Positions 9,083-16,727 of a stretch of 24,901 nucleotides of DNA are shown here, in pieces. Source of the stretch: an uncultured Dehalococcoidia bacterium (GTDB taxonomy: Bacteria; Chloroflexota; Dehalococcoidia; Lucifugimonadales; UBA3495). The stretch spans positions 1 through 24,901 of the forward strand of contig CATMOE010000054.1 of the NCBI GenBank assembly GCA_950072105.1, given 5' to 3'. Positions within the stretch are counted from its first letter, which is position 1. Each line of letters opens with the position of its first letter. Under the pieces are notes generated by a model, which was not told where the DNA came from, made no database searches, and was given only the letters and a program-made list of their open reading frames with translations. Made by a program: the position numbers and the translations under genes.

Positions 9083-9150
9083 CCGTTCGTGGTGAGCCTG
9101 TCGAACCACCCTTCCCCGCAAGGACCCTTTAACAGGCTCGGGGCAAACGG
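9083..9150. repeat. Inverted pair of 26-bp REP-like units (TGAG..CGAA family)
   Basis: CCGTTCGTGGTGAGCCTGTCGAACCA (9083-9108) and, on the minus strand, CCGTTTGCCCCGAGCCTGTTAAAGGG (9150-9125), located between convergent genes. Confidence 0.8.
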
Positions 9151-9182
9151 AAAATTCTAACTGCTATCTACAAAGCTAGGCA

Positions 9183-9521
9183 CTAAATAGGCCAGCCGCC
9201 CTCTGAGATATCAACCCGGTAGCCTTCCCCATCACGGATCCAGCTCTCGGCTATGGCTCCATAGGTGTTGGATACAGCCGTGGTGTCCGCCGTTTCTTCG
9301 ATGCCGGAAACGCTTTCCACTTGAAACCCGAAGTGGTTGATGCCCCAGGGCATGTCCGGGTTGTGGATCAAAGCAACGCCAACGTATCCGTCGGACAGGT
9401 AAACGGTTCCGTTGGGGCCTCGGGATTTTTCTTCCATACCAAACACTCTCTTATAGTATTCGGCTTCCGCGTCCCGGTCCTGAACATTCATCGCGACGTG
9501 ACGAATCCGCGGTCTTTCCAT
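9183..9521 (-). CDS. VOC family protein
   Basis: Motifs IRHVAMNV, YYKRVFGM, GINHFGFQV and IRDGEGYRVDIS; GGAGG RBS. Confidence 0.9.
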   Translation of the reverse strand: MERPRIRHVAMNVQDRDAEAEYYKRVFGMEEKSRGPNGTVYLSDGYVGVALIHNPDMPWGINHFGFQVESVSGIEETADTTAVSNTYGAIAESWIRDGEGYRVDISEGGWPI

Positions 9522-9635
9522 GGGGCAACCTCCCTTTATTGAGCACTCCTGATTCAGATATTACACTAAGTGGAGATATCCAGCGACTACAACAGGGTCG
9601 ATGGATCTAGTCTCTTCCGGGCTAGCCTCTCCAGA

Positions 9636-10412
9636 TTAGGCATGGGTGAACATTCCGAATACAGCTCCTTGAGGGTCCTGTATCGTCGCGAATCTACCGA
9701 CTCCCGGGATGTCCGTACCAGGCACCAATACGATGGCGCCCAGGGCCTCGGCCTGGCTGGTAGTGTCGTCGACGTTGGCGACTCCGAAGTACACCATCCA
9801 ATTGGGCGGGACCGGACCCATGTCCTCAGTGATCTGCATCACGCCCGCAACATCGTCGCCTGATACTTTCAGCAGTGTATATTCCATGGGTCCTTCCATC
9901 GAACCGCTGCCAAGGCCCAGAAGACCGGTGTAAAATTCGGTGGCGTCCGTTTGGTCGGATGTCATAAGCTCGTTCCACATGATGGCGCCCGGCTCCCCCT
10001 TAACCCGGCATCCGATGTGTCCCTCGGCCTGCCACACCGCGAACGCCGCGCCCTGACGGTCTTGAAGCATAGCCATGCGCCCGGCAGCAAACACATCCAT
10101 GGGGCCGAACAGCAAGGACCCTCCGGCCTGCTGCACCCTAGCCACCGACTCGTCCACGTTGGTAACAGAGAAGTAGGTATTCCAGTGGGGTGGTACGCCC
10201 AGTTTCCGCTCTTCCGCCTGCTGCTGATAAATGGCCGCCGCTTCCAGGCCGTTCAGCTTTTGCATATGGTAGGACCAGTTCTCATAGATCGGCTGGGGGT
10301 CGTCTACCCATCCGAATATGGCGCTGTAGAATTCCATGGCCCCTTTCTCGTCAGTGGTGGATAACTCAAACCACGACGGCGTACCCGGAGCGTGACTGGT
10401 TACTTCCGGCAT
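9636..10412 (-). CDS. Two-domain VOC family protein (Rv0577/CFP32-like)
   Basis: Duplicated pattern W.EL.T.D...A..FY..FG / W..YF.V..VD / GR.A..QD.QGA.F. Confidence 0.93.
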   Translation of the reverse strand: MPEVTSHAPGTPSWFELSTTDEKGAMEFYSAIFGWVDDPQPIYENWSYHMQKLNGLEAAAIYQQQAEERKLGVPPHWNTYFSVTNVDESVARVQQAGGSLLFGPMDVFAAGRMAMLQDRQGAAFAVWQAEGHIGCRVKGEPGAIMWNELMTSDQTDATEFYTGLLGLGSGSMEGPMEYTLLKVSGDDVAGVMQITEDMGPVPPNWMVYFGVANVDDTTSQAEALGAIVLVPGTDIPGVGRFATIQDPQGAVFGMFTHA

Positions 10413-10531
10413 TAGATAACACCTTAGTCATAGTGCTGTTTTCCCGGCTCAACAGGGCGGGGACTAGGGGAATTGTACCCAGGGCCTGATGCTGTGACAA
10501 GGTGCATCTAGTCACCAAACCCCAGGGGCTA

Positions 10532-10559
10532 TTGACTCGGGCACAGTGAAAGGTAAAAT
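10532..10559 (+). promoter_or_regulatory. Putative sigma70-type promoter
   Basis: TTGACT-16 bp-TAAAAT, 30 bp upstream of the crotonase start. Confidence 0.6.
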
Positions 10560-10588
10560 CGTTCTTAATCGGGTGGTTGGAGGCGAAT

Positions 10589-11437
10589 ATGGGTCCGCAA
10601 TTGGTTGACTATCTCCTGTACGAACCGGAGGATACGGGAATCCTATGGATAAAATTCAACCGTCCGGAGCGGATGAACGCCCTTATCGGGTCGTCCGAAG
10701 AGAGCGGGACGGTGGCCAAGGTTGGCGAATACATGAGGGCCGGCGACGACGACCCCAACGTGCGGGTCATCGTTCTTACCGGGGTCGGCCGAGGATTTTG
10801 CTCGGGGGCCGACATGAGGCGGGACACGCCGGACTCTCTTAAAGGAGAGAATTTTACCGGGAACCGGGGCACCACGGAGGGACCCGACGCCGCCAGGGAG
10901 CACTTCTTCCACGGTTTCACCAAGCTGCACCGGGACATCTCGCAGATACGCAAACCAACCATCGCCATGATCAACGGCCCCGCCGTCGGCTCCGGCATGG
11001 ACATGGCGCTGCATTGCGATATCCGTCTTGGCTGCGAGAACACCAGGTTCATCGGCTACCAGCAACTGGGACAGATAATCGAGAACGGCGGTAGCTACTA
11101 CTTCCCCAAGATGGTCGGGCTGGGCCGGGCCCTGGAGTTCGCCTACACCGGCCACCTGGACGCCCAGCGGGCTTACGACTGGGGGATACTGAACTACCTG
11201 GTAGACTCCGGCGATCTGGAAGAGACAACCAGGGAACTGTGCGGCCGCATCATGCGAACACCACCCATGGTGCAATGGGTTAGCAAGCGGATCATGCGGG
11301 CCGCGTTGGATTCCACCTTAGAGAACACCATGGTCTTGACCTCCAACGCCGGAGGGATTTTGAACGGTTCGGAAGACGCGGAAGAGGCCCGGCGAGCTTT
11401 CCTGGAGAAGCGGACGCCCTCGTTTAAAGGACGCTAG
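10589..11437 (+). CDS. Enoyl-CoA hydratase/isomerase (crotonase) family protein
   Basis: Motifs FNRPERMNAL, LTGVGRGFCSGAD, KPTIAMINGPAVGSG and AFLEKRTPSFKG. GGAGG at 10579-10583 supports ATG 10589. Confidence 0.93.
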   Translation: MGPQLVDYLLYEPEDTGILWIKFNRPERMNALIGSSEESGTVAKVGEYMRAGDDDPNVRVIVLTGVGRGFCSGADMRRDTPDSLKGENFTGNRGTTEGPDAAREHFFHGFTKLHRDISQIRKPTIAMINGPAVGSGMDMALHCDIRLGCENTRFIGYQQLGQIIENGGSYYFPKMVGLGRALEFAYTGHLDAQRAYDWGILNYLVDSGDLEETTRELCGRIMRTPPMVQWVSKRIMRAALDSTLENTMVLTSNAGGILNGSEDAEEARRAFLEKRTPSFKGR

Positions 11438-11461
11438 ACCGTCCTGAACTGACGACAGGGT

Positions 11462-11501
11462 TTGCGGCCATCCCCCAACGATCAGAGGAGTATGGCCGCA
11501 A
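11462..11501. terminator. Hairpin between convergent genes, possible terminator
   Basis: Perfect 10-bp arms TTGCGGCCAT and ATGGCCGCAA. Confidence 0.5.
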
Positions 11502-11519
11502 CCGGGAAACATATTTTCG

Positions 11520-12035
11520 CTACCGGTAAGGCTGGCCGAATCGTTCCCGGTGGGCGATCTCTTCCATGGGCTTCCGTGGAGTGCCTTTTTTCCGGGGCCC
11601 CTCGGCGGGGTAGCCGAAGGGCAACACCGTGATCAATTCCATCTCTTCGGCGATGCCCAAAAGCTCCTTGACGGCTGTTTGCTGGGCCGGGTCACGCACG
11701 CCGGCGAAGCAGGTGCCAACGCCTTCGGACCAGGCCATCAACTCCATCTGCTGCAGGGCTCTTCCCGCGTCCAGTTGGGGCCGGGGAGCGTTTTCCATAA
11801 CGATGGCGATGGCCATCGGTGCTTGGCCGATGAACCGCCCCTGGCTACATATCTCTCCCAGAGTCGTCAGAGTACTACTGTCTTGTATAACTATGAAGTG
11901 CCACGCCTGAGTGTTGCTGGAACTGGGCGCCCAACGTGCCGCCTGGAGGATCTTCAGTATCACGTCTTCAGGGACAGGGTCGGGCTTGAACTCCCGAACG
12001 GTCCGGCGGCTCCTGATGCACTGATAGACATCCAT
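11520..12035 (-). CDS. Nitroreductase family protein (FMN-dependent)
   Basis: Motifs IRSRRTVREF, AARWAPSSSNTQAWHF, MELMAWSEGVGTC and GYP. Confidence 0.93.
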   Translation of the reverse strand: MDVYQCIRSRRTVREFKPDPVPEDVILKILQAARWAPSSSNTQAWHFIVIQDSSTLTTLGEICSQGRFIGQAPMAIAIVMENAPRPQLDAGRALQQMELMAWSEGVGTCFAGVRDPAQQTAVKELLGIAEEMELITVLPFGYPAEGPRKKGTPRKPMEEIAHRERFGQPYR

Positions 12036-12191
12036 GTTTCACCTCGTCGCAATGCTAAAATTTGACCTGAGGTCTGATCTTCACTGGCCCGCGTCACTGG
12101 CCCCGTACTCTAGGATGCGGTAATCTAAGCCGGTTGACCACCGGCACAGCGAAATAAATCAGAGAGCAATGAACGATTATAGCTCTCTGGA

Positions 12192-12758
12192 ATGGAGAAA
12201 CGCATGGTTAGGATCCCTCCGGTCACTCGAGAGTCAGTCAGAGAAGATCTCAGAGAAACTTTTGATGAAGTATCCTCCGGTCCCGGCGGTGTCGGCACCG
12301 GACCCATGTCGATCTTAAAACACAGTCCGGAGATGTCCAAGCGGGCCATACCCTTGTTCAACTACGTGCGCAACGAGTCGACCGTCCCGGCCAAGGCCAG
12401 GGAGTTGGCGATGCTCACCACGGCCCGGGCCATGGACTGCCCATACATCTGGAACGCCCACGTGGCCCTGGGAAGACAAGCGGGGCTCAGCGACTCGCTG
12501 GTGGACGCGCTACGGGACAAACAACCTCTCCCCCAGATGTCTCCTGAAGAATCCGCCGTTCTGAATCTGGGCATGGAGTTCTTCTTGCCTCACCGAGTGA
12601 GCCAGGACACATTCCAAGCAGCGCTGGACCAGTTCGGCGAACAAGGATTCGTTGAATTGACCACCTTGATGGGTTTTTACGCCATGTTGGCCTTCAACGC
12701 CAACGCCGTAGACCTGGGTCTGCCCCACGACTTGGTGGAGGAGCCTCTACCGATCTAG
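12192..12758 (+). CDS. Carboxymuconolactone decarboxylase/AhpD-like family protein
   Basis: Motifs RELAMLTTARAMDCPYIWNAH and FGEQGFVELTTLMGFY. Alternative start at 12204. Confidence 0.88.
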   Translation: MEKRMVRIPPVTRESVREDLRETFDEVSSGPGGVGTGPMSILKHSPEMSKRAIPLFNYVRNESTVPAKARELAMLTTARAMDCPYIWNAHVALGRQAGLSDSLVDALRDKQPLPQMSPEESAVLNLGMEFFLPHRVSQDTFQAALDQFGEQGFVELTTLMGFYAMLAFNANAVDLGLPHDLVEEPLPI

Positions 12759-12780
12759 GCCCGCTGATCGGACGAGACGA

Positions 12781-13116
12781 CTATTCCTCGTCGATAGAGA
12801 TCATCAGCGCTATGGTGTCGCCATCGGGCAAAGTAGTGGTGTGCCCCTTGCCGTCGGTGTCTTCCACCAACCGCACGTCGCCGGGATTGAAGGTGTGGGA
12901 CGTGCCGTCCGACAACCCGATAATCATTCTCCCTTCCACGTGGATGTGCCAACGGCGGGAGGCGGCCGGGTGCTGGTCCATGAAGTGACCCGGCTCCCGT
13001 TTCTGAACGCTGAAGCTCATGGTGCCCTTGATCTTAATGTTGGCCAGTTCTTCGTCGGTGTACTGTGTTATTCGGCTTTCGCCGTCGTCCCCGCTGTACA
13101 ACCTGTAAACACCCAT
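12781..13116 (-). CDS. Small cupin-like protein
   Basis: MGVYRLYSGDDGES, HPAASRRW, PGDVRLVEDTDGKGH. A GGAGG RBS precedes ATG 13116. The longer ORF to 13335 overlaps the neighbouring gene and a repeat. Confidence 0.82.
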   Translation of the reverse strand: MGVYRLYSGDDGESRITQYTDEELANIKIKGTMSFSVQKREPGHFMDQHPAASRRWHIHVEGRMIIGLSDGTSHTFNPGDVRLVEDTDGKGHTTTLPDGDTIALMISIDEE

Positions 13117-13189
13117 TTCGGTCCCTCCAAATAAATTGCTTTTTTGTGCGCGGTGCGCCGTCATTCCAGCTTCGATTTCATCGTCGGCA

Positions 13190-13228
13190 CCCCTCTTCCT
13201 GCGGGAGAGGGGAAGGGGGGTGAGGGGG
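13190..13228 (-). repeat. Palindromic mini-element (CCCTCACCC family)
   Basis: The minus strand reads CCCCCTCACCCCCCTTCCCCTCTCCCGCAGGAAGAGGGG, nearly identical to 19467-19503. Confidence 0.82.
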
Positions 13229-13229
13229 C

Positions 13230-14231
13230 CTAGATCCCCAGCATCTGTTCCAAGTTTCTGAAGGAAATCTTCTCCTTCTCCTCGGTTGACAGACTGGTGA
13301 GACTTTCCAGCCATCCGCCCGGCGAGGGGTCCCATCCGACGAAGGGCCAGTCGCTACCGATCACCACATGGTCGGCGCCAACGGCGTTGATCAAGAAACG
13401 CAGCGAGGCTTCGCTGCTGGTCAAGAAGTCGTAGTAAAGCTGGCTCTGGTAGCGGCTAGGGGGTTTGGGGATGTTCGCCCTTGCCTCGGAGCGGACTTTC
13501 CAGGCGTGGTCCATGCGGCCCATCCCAAAGCATGCCGGTCCCCCGCCGTGGGCGACAATCACCCGGAGGTTAGGGCACTTCTCTAAGATGCCGCCGTAGA
13601 TCAGAGTGGCCACCAAAATCGCGTCTTCCAAGGGAACGCCGATGCTGTTGGATAGGCCGTACTTCCTGGTCCGTTCCAGCGCCACCAAGTTCTCCTGGGG
13701 CTGGGGGTGGAAGAAAAGCAAGGCCCCCATAGATTCGGCGGCTTTGAACAAGGGCAGAAACTCGGGTTCGTCCCAGGTTTTGCCATTGACCACCATGTCG
13801 AACTCCGCGCCTTTAAGGCCCAGCACTTTAACCGCCCGCTCCAGTTCCTCGATGGAGGCATCCACGTCCTGAAGGGGCAGAGTCGCCAACCCGGAGAACC
13901 GGCTGGGATGTTGCTTGGCCATCCCGGCGATCTCGTCGTTAACGTCTTTGGACATCTGGATCGCCAGACCTTTCTCCCAGTGGTAAGGGAATAGTGGCGT
14001 GTGGATCGACACCACTTGGACGTCGGTCCCCTCTTCATCCATGTTGACGATGCGCTCTTCGGGGGTGAAGCGCAATTTCGGTGAGTTGATAAAGATCCGC
14101 TTACCATTGCCCGCGACGAACCCCAGGCCGTCTCCGGACTCCAGGCGCATCCCATACCAGTCATCGCCGCCGTCAACGGTCTTCCACAGGCACTGGGGCA
14201 TCAGATGGGTGTGCACGTCGATGTGTCTCAC
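13230..14231 (-). CDS. Amidohydrolase_2 family protein (ACMSD-like decarboxylase/hydratase)
   Basis: Motifs IDVHTH, FFHP, AHGGG and GSDWPF. Confidence 0.93.
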   Translation of the reverse strand: MRHIDVHTHLMPQCLWKTVDGGDDWYGMRLESGDGLGFVAGNGKRIFINSPKLRFTPEERIVNMDEEGTDVQVVSIHTPLFPYHWEKGLAIQMSKDVNDEIAGMAKQHPSRFSGLATLPLQDVDASIEELERAVKVLGLKGAEFDMVVNGKTWDEPEFLPLFKAAESMGALLFFHPQPQENLVALERTRKYGLSNSIGVPLEDAILVATLIYGGILEKCPNLRVIVAHGGGPACFGMGRMDHAWKVRSEARANIPKPPSRYQSQLYYDFLTSSEASLRFLINAVGADHVVIGSDWPFVGWDPSPGGWLESLTSLSTEEKEKISFRNLEQMLGI

Positions 14232-14277
14232 GAATAGTCCTCCCGATTGGGGAATTCAAATAGCGCCCTGAATAGGA

Positions 14278-15273
14278 CTAGATTCCCAGCAAACCTTCCA
14301 GATTTTTCCAGAGGATGGCATCTTTTTCTTCTTGAGTGATGCTCTCCATTTCCATGATCCAGGAAACCGGCCAGTCTTGGGCCATGTCGTAGGGCCAGTC
14401 GGAGCCGAAGACCACCCGGTCAACACCCACTTGGTCGATGAGGAACCTCAGGGCTTCCTCGGTATAGACGATGCTGTCGTAGTAGAAGCGGCGCAGGTAG
14501 GTGCTTGGCGGATTGGGATTCAACCGGTTAGCTTCCGGGATGCCCTGCCAGCCCCGATCGATGCGGCCGATGCCGTAGCACGTGTATCCGCCGCCGTGGG
14601 AGAAGCAAATCTTCAAGTCTGGGCAGGCATCCATGACCCCGCCAAAGACCAAAGAGGCGAAGGTCAACGTCCGGTCGGCCAGGTTGCCGATGGAGTTGGG
14701 CAAGTGGTATTTCTTGATGCGCGGCGACACCACGGTGTCGCCACCTTGGTGGAAAAGAATCAGCGCGCCTAACTGCTCCGCCGCCTTCCAGAAAGGCAGG
14801 TATTCCGGCTCGTCCAGCATCTTGCCATTGATCTTATCGTCGATCATGGCTCCTTTGAATTTCAACTGGACCATGATCCGCTCCAGCTCGGCAACGGCGG
14901 CAGCGGGGTCCTGCATGGGCAGGGTTCCCAAACTGGCGAACCGGTCAGGCCAGGTCGTCGTCATCTGGTTTATCTCATCATTACAATCCACGGAGGTCGC
15001 CTTGGCGGTGGCCGTGGGCAACTCATAATTGTAGAACCCGGCGTAGGGGGACAGGACCTGCACATCGACTCCTAAAGAGTCCATGTCGGCCAGGCGTTGC
15101 TCTGGGGTCCAACTGGCACGCGGAGGAAGTTGACCGCGGCTGCTCCCGGAGATCATCACTTCTCGCCCCCGGGCATCCTGCTCTCGCCGCATCCCATGCC
15201 ATTCTCCGCCGCCTTCCGTGGCCCGCCAATAGCACTGGGGAGTCACGTGGGCATGGACATCGATACTTCGCAT
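14278..15273 (-). CDS. Amidohydrolase_2 family protein (ACMSD-like), tandem paralog
   Basis: Motifs IDVHAH, LFHQ, SHGGG and GSDWPY; AGGAG RBS. Confidence 0.93.
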   Translation of the reverse strand: MRSIDVHAHVTPQCYWRATEGGGEWHGMRREQDARGREVMISGSSRGQLPPRASWTPEQRLADMDSLGVDVQVLSPYAGFYNYELPTATAKATSVDCNDEINQMTTTWPDRFASLGTLPMQDPAAAVAELERIMVQLKFKGAMIDDKINGKMLDEPEYLPFWKAAEQLGALILFHQGGDTVVSPRIKKYHLPNSIGNLADRTLTFASLVFGGVMDACPDLKICFSHGGGYTCYGIGRIDRGWQGIPEANRLNPNPPSTYLRRFYYDSIVYTEEALRFLIDQVGVDRVVFGSDWPYDMAQDWPVSWIMEMESITQEEKDAILWKNLEGLLGI

Positions 15274-15322
15274 AATTCTCTCCTGGCCGCCATTCCTGGA
15301 CGTGTGGATAATTCCAGGCGGA

Positions 15323-15352
15323 ACCGTAGCATCACGTTAACCTATCTGTCAA
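15323..15352 (-). promoter_or_regulatory. Putative sigma70-type promoter of the amidohydrolase pair
   Basis: Minus strand TTGACA-18 bp-TACGGT, with a TG extension before the -10. Confidence 0.55.
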
Positions 15353-15370
15353 TTTGCAGACATTACGGGG

Positions 15371-15429
15371 TTAGTCACAGAGCCACAGAGGAACGGAGTT
15401 TTTATTTTTCTACGTCCCTCTGTGGCTAA
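15371..15429. repeat. CACAGAG-type inverted repeat
   Basis: TTAGTCACAGAGCCACAGAGGAACG ... CGTCCCTCTGTGGCTAA; the 15-bp arms match at 14 of 15 positions around a T-rich spacer. Confidence 0.7.
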
Positions 15430-15440
15430 TATCTGGACAA

Positions 15441-15470
15441 TTGACATAGGCGCAGACCGGACGCTACAGT
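15441..15470 (+). promoter_or_regulatory. Putative sigma70-type promoter of the LLM-VOC pair
   Basis: TTGACA-18 bp-TACAGT, 35 bp upstream of ATG 15506. Confidence 0.6.
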
Positions 15471-15505
15471 GATTCCATCTTAAGGTGGTTCACAGGAGCT
15501 AAGCG

Positions 15506-16678
15506 ATGCCCTTGCAGTTCGGCGTATTCGATCACATCGAGCCTGTTCCTGACATGCCTCTGGACCAGATCTACCGGGACCGGTTGGTGCAGATCGAACG
15601 GCTAGACTCCGCCGGATTCTTCGCTTACCATCTCGCGGAGCATCATACGCCCGCGGTCCACAGCTTGGCCCCTTCCCAAAACGTATTTCTGGCCGCCGTT
15701 TCCCAGCGAACAACTAGGCTTCGGTTCGGCCCATGCGTCTACGTCCTTCCCCTGCATCACCCGGTTCGGTTGATCGAAGAGATCAGCATGCTGGACAACC
15801 TTAGCGGTGGGCGGATGGAGATCGGTGTAGGCCGGGGCGGCGTCATTGAAGCTTATTTCTGGGGTCAGGAATCCGACATCGAAGTCAACCAAGCCCGATA
15901 CCTGGAAACTCTGGACGTTATATTGAACGGGCTCAGCCACGATGAATTGAATCATAAAGGCGAGTTCTACAATTTCGAAGAGTTGCCCATGCGTCTGAGG
16001 CCAAAACAGGCCCCCTATCCGCCGATGTGGTACATGCGGAACGTCGAGACGTCAGCGATCACCGGGATGCATTCCATTATCGTGGGAAACCTGGACGGTT
16101 TCGAGGCCAACGTCAAGCGATACAAGGAGCTATGGGAAGAGCACCAAGGTCCGGGCGCCCTCACCGCCCAAGGCGAGGAGCGCAAGATTGGCCTGGTTAA
16201 TCACCTGGTCGTCGCGGAAACTGACGAAGAGGCTTTGGAAATAGCGACGCCCGCTTGGGAACATTACAAATGGAACCTGGGAACTCCCCGAAGACTGGAA
16301 GTCGAGAAGAGAGGACTAACTCAGTTTCAAGGTGAAAGAGCTCGGATGCGTCCGGCCAACCAGCCCGACCGGGAGGCGCGAAAGGACCTATTTTCCGAGT
16401 TGGAGTCGGCGGAAGTACAGCGAAGACGCGTCAATCCCGGCGGTCTGGAGCACAGCGCGGGCCGTGGCGCCGGAGCGGGTTTTGGCGTCATCGCCGGCTC
16501 GCCTGACACCATCAAAGAGTACATGGAAGAATACGTGTCCACCGGCGCCAACTACTTCGTGGCGTCCTTCCAATGGGGCAGCCTCACGCACGAACAATCG
16601 ATGCGGTCATTGGAGCTTTTCGCCACCGAGATTATGCCCCACCACATGGAGACGCCGGTTACTGGATCAGCGGTATAG
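15506..16678 (+). CDS. LLM class (luciferase-like) flavin-dependent monooxygenase
   Basis: Motifs AEHH, LAAVSQRTTRLRFG, HPVRLIEEISMLDNLSGGRMEIGVGRG and SLELFATEIMP. Confidence 0.95.
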   Translation: MPLQFGVFDHIEPVPDMPLDQIYRDRLVQIERLDSAGFFAYHLAEHHTPAVHSLAPSQNVFLAAVSQRTTRLRFGPCVYVLPLHHPVRLIEEISMLDNLSGGRMEIGVGRGGVIEAYFWGQESDIEVNQARYLETLDVILNGLSHDELNHKGEFYNFEELPMRLRPKQAPYPPMWYMRNVETSAITGMHSIIVGNLDGFEANVKRYKELWEEHQGPGALTAQGEERKIGLVNHLVVAETDEEALEIATPAWEHYKWNLGTPRRLEVEKRGLTQFQGERARMRPANQPDREARKDLFSELESAEVQRRRVNPGGLEHSAGRGAGAGFGVIAGSPDTIKEYMEEYVSTGANYFVASFQWGSLTHEQSMRSLELFATEIMPHHMETPVTGSAV

Positions 16679-16727
16679 CCTAATCTCAATCAAAGTCGGC
16701 GAAAGCCGGCATGAAAAGGAGAATGTG

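Noticed and set aside
13117..13335. N-terminal extension of the cupin ORF (LTPLPLSRRKRG)
   Set aside because: It is a translation of the palindromic repeat and the amidohydrolase 3' end; the RBS supports ATG 13116.
16695..16710. GTCGGC-GAAA-GCCGGC hairpin as a terminator or ncRNA
   Set aside because: It has only a 6-bp stem with no U-tract. It is at most an intercistronic stabiliser and too short to call.
16332..16727. 132-aa N-terminal extension of the duplicated VOC ORF
   Set aside because: It overlaps the LLM gene in another frame, and a strong RBS precedes ATG 16728.
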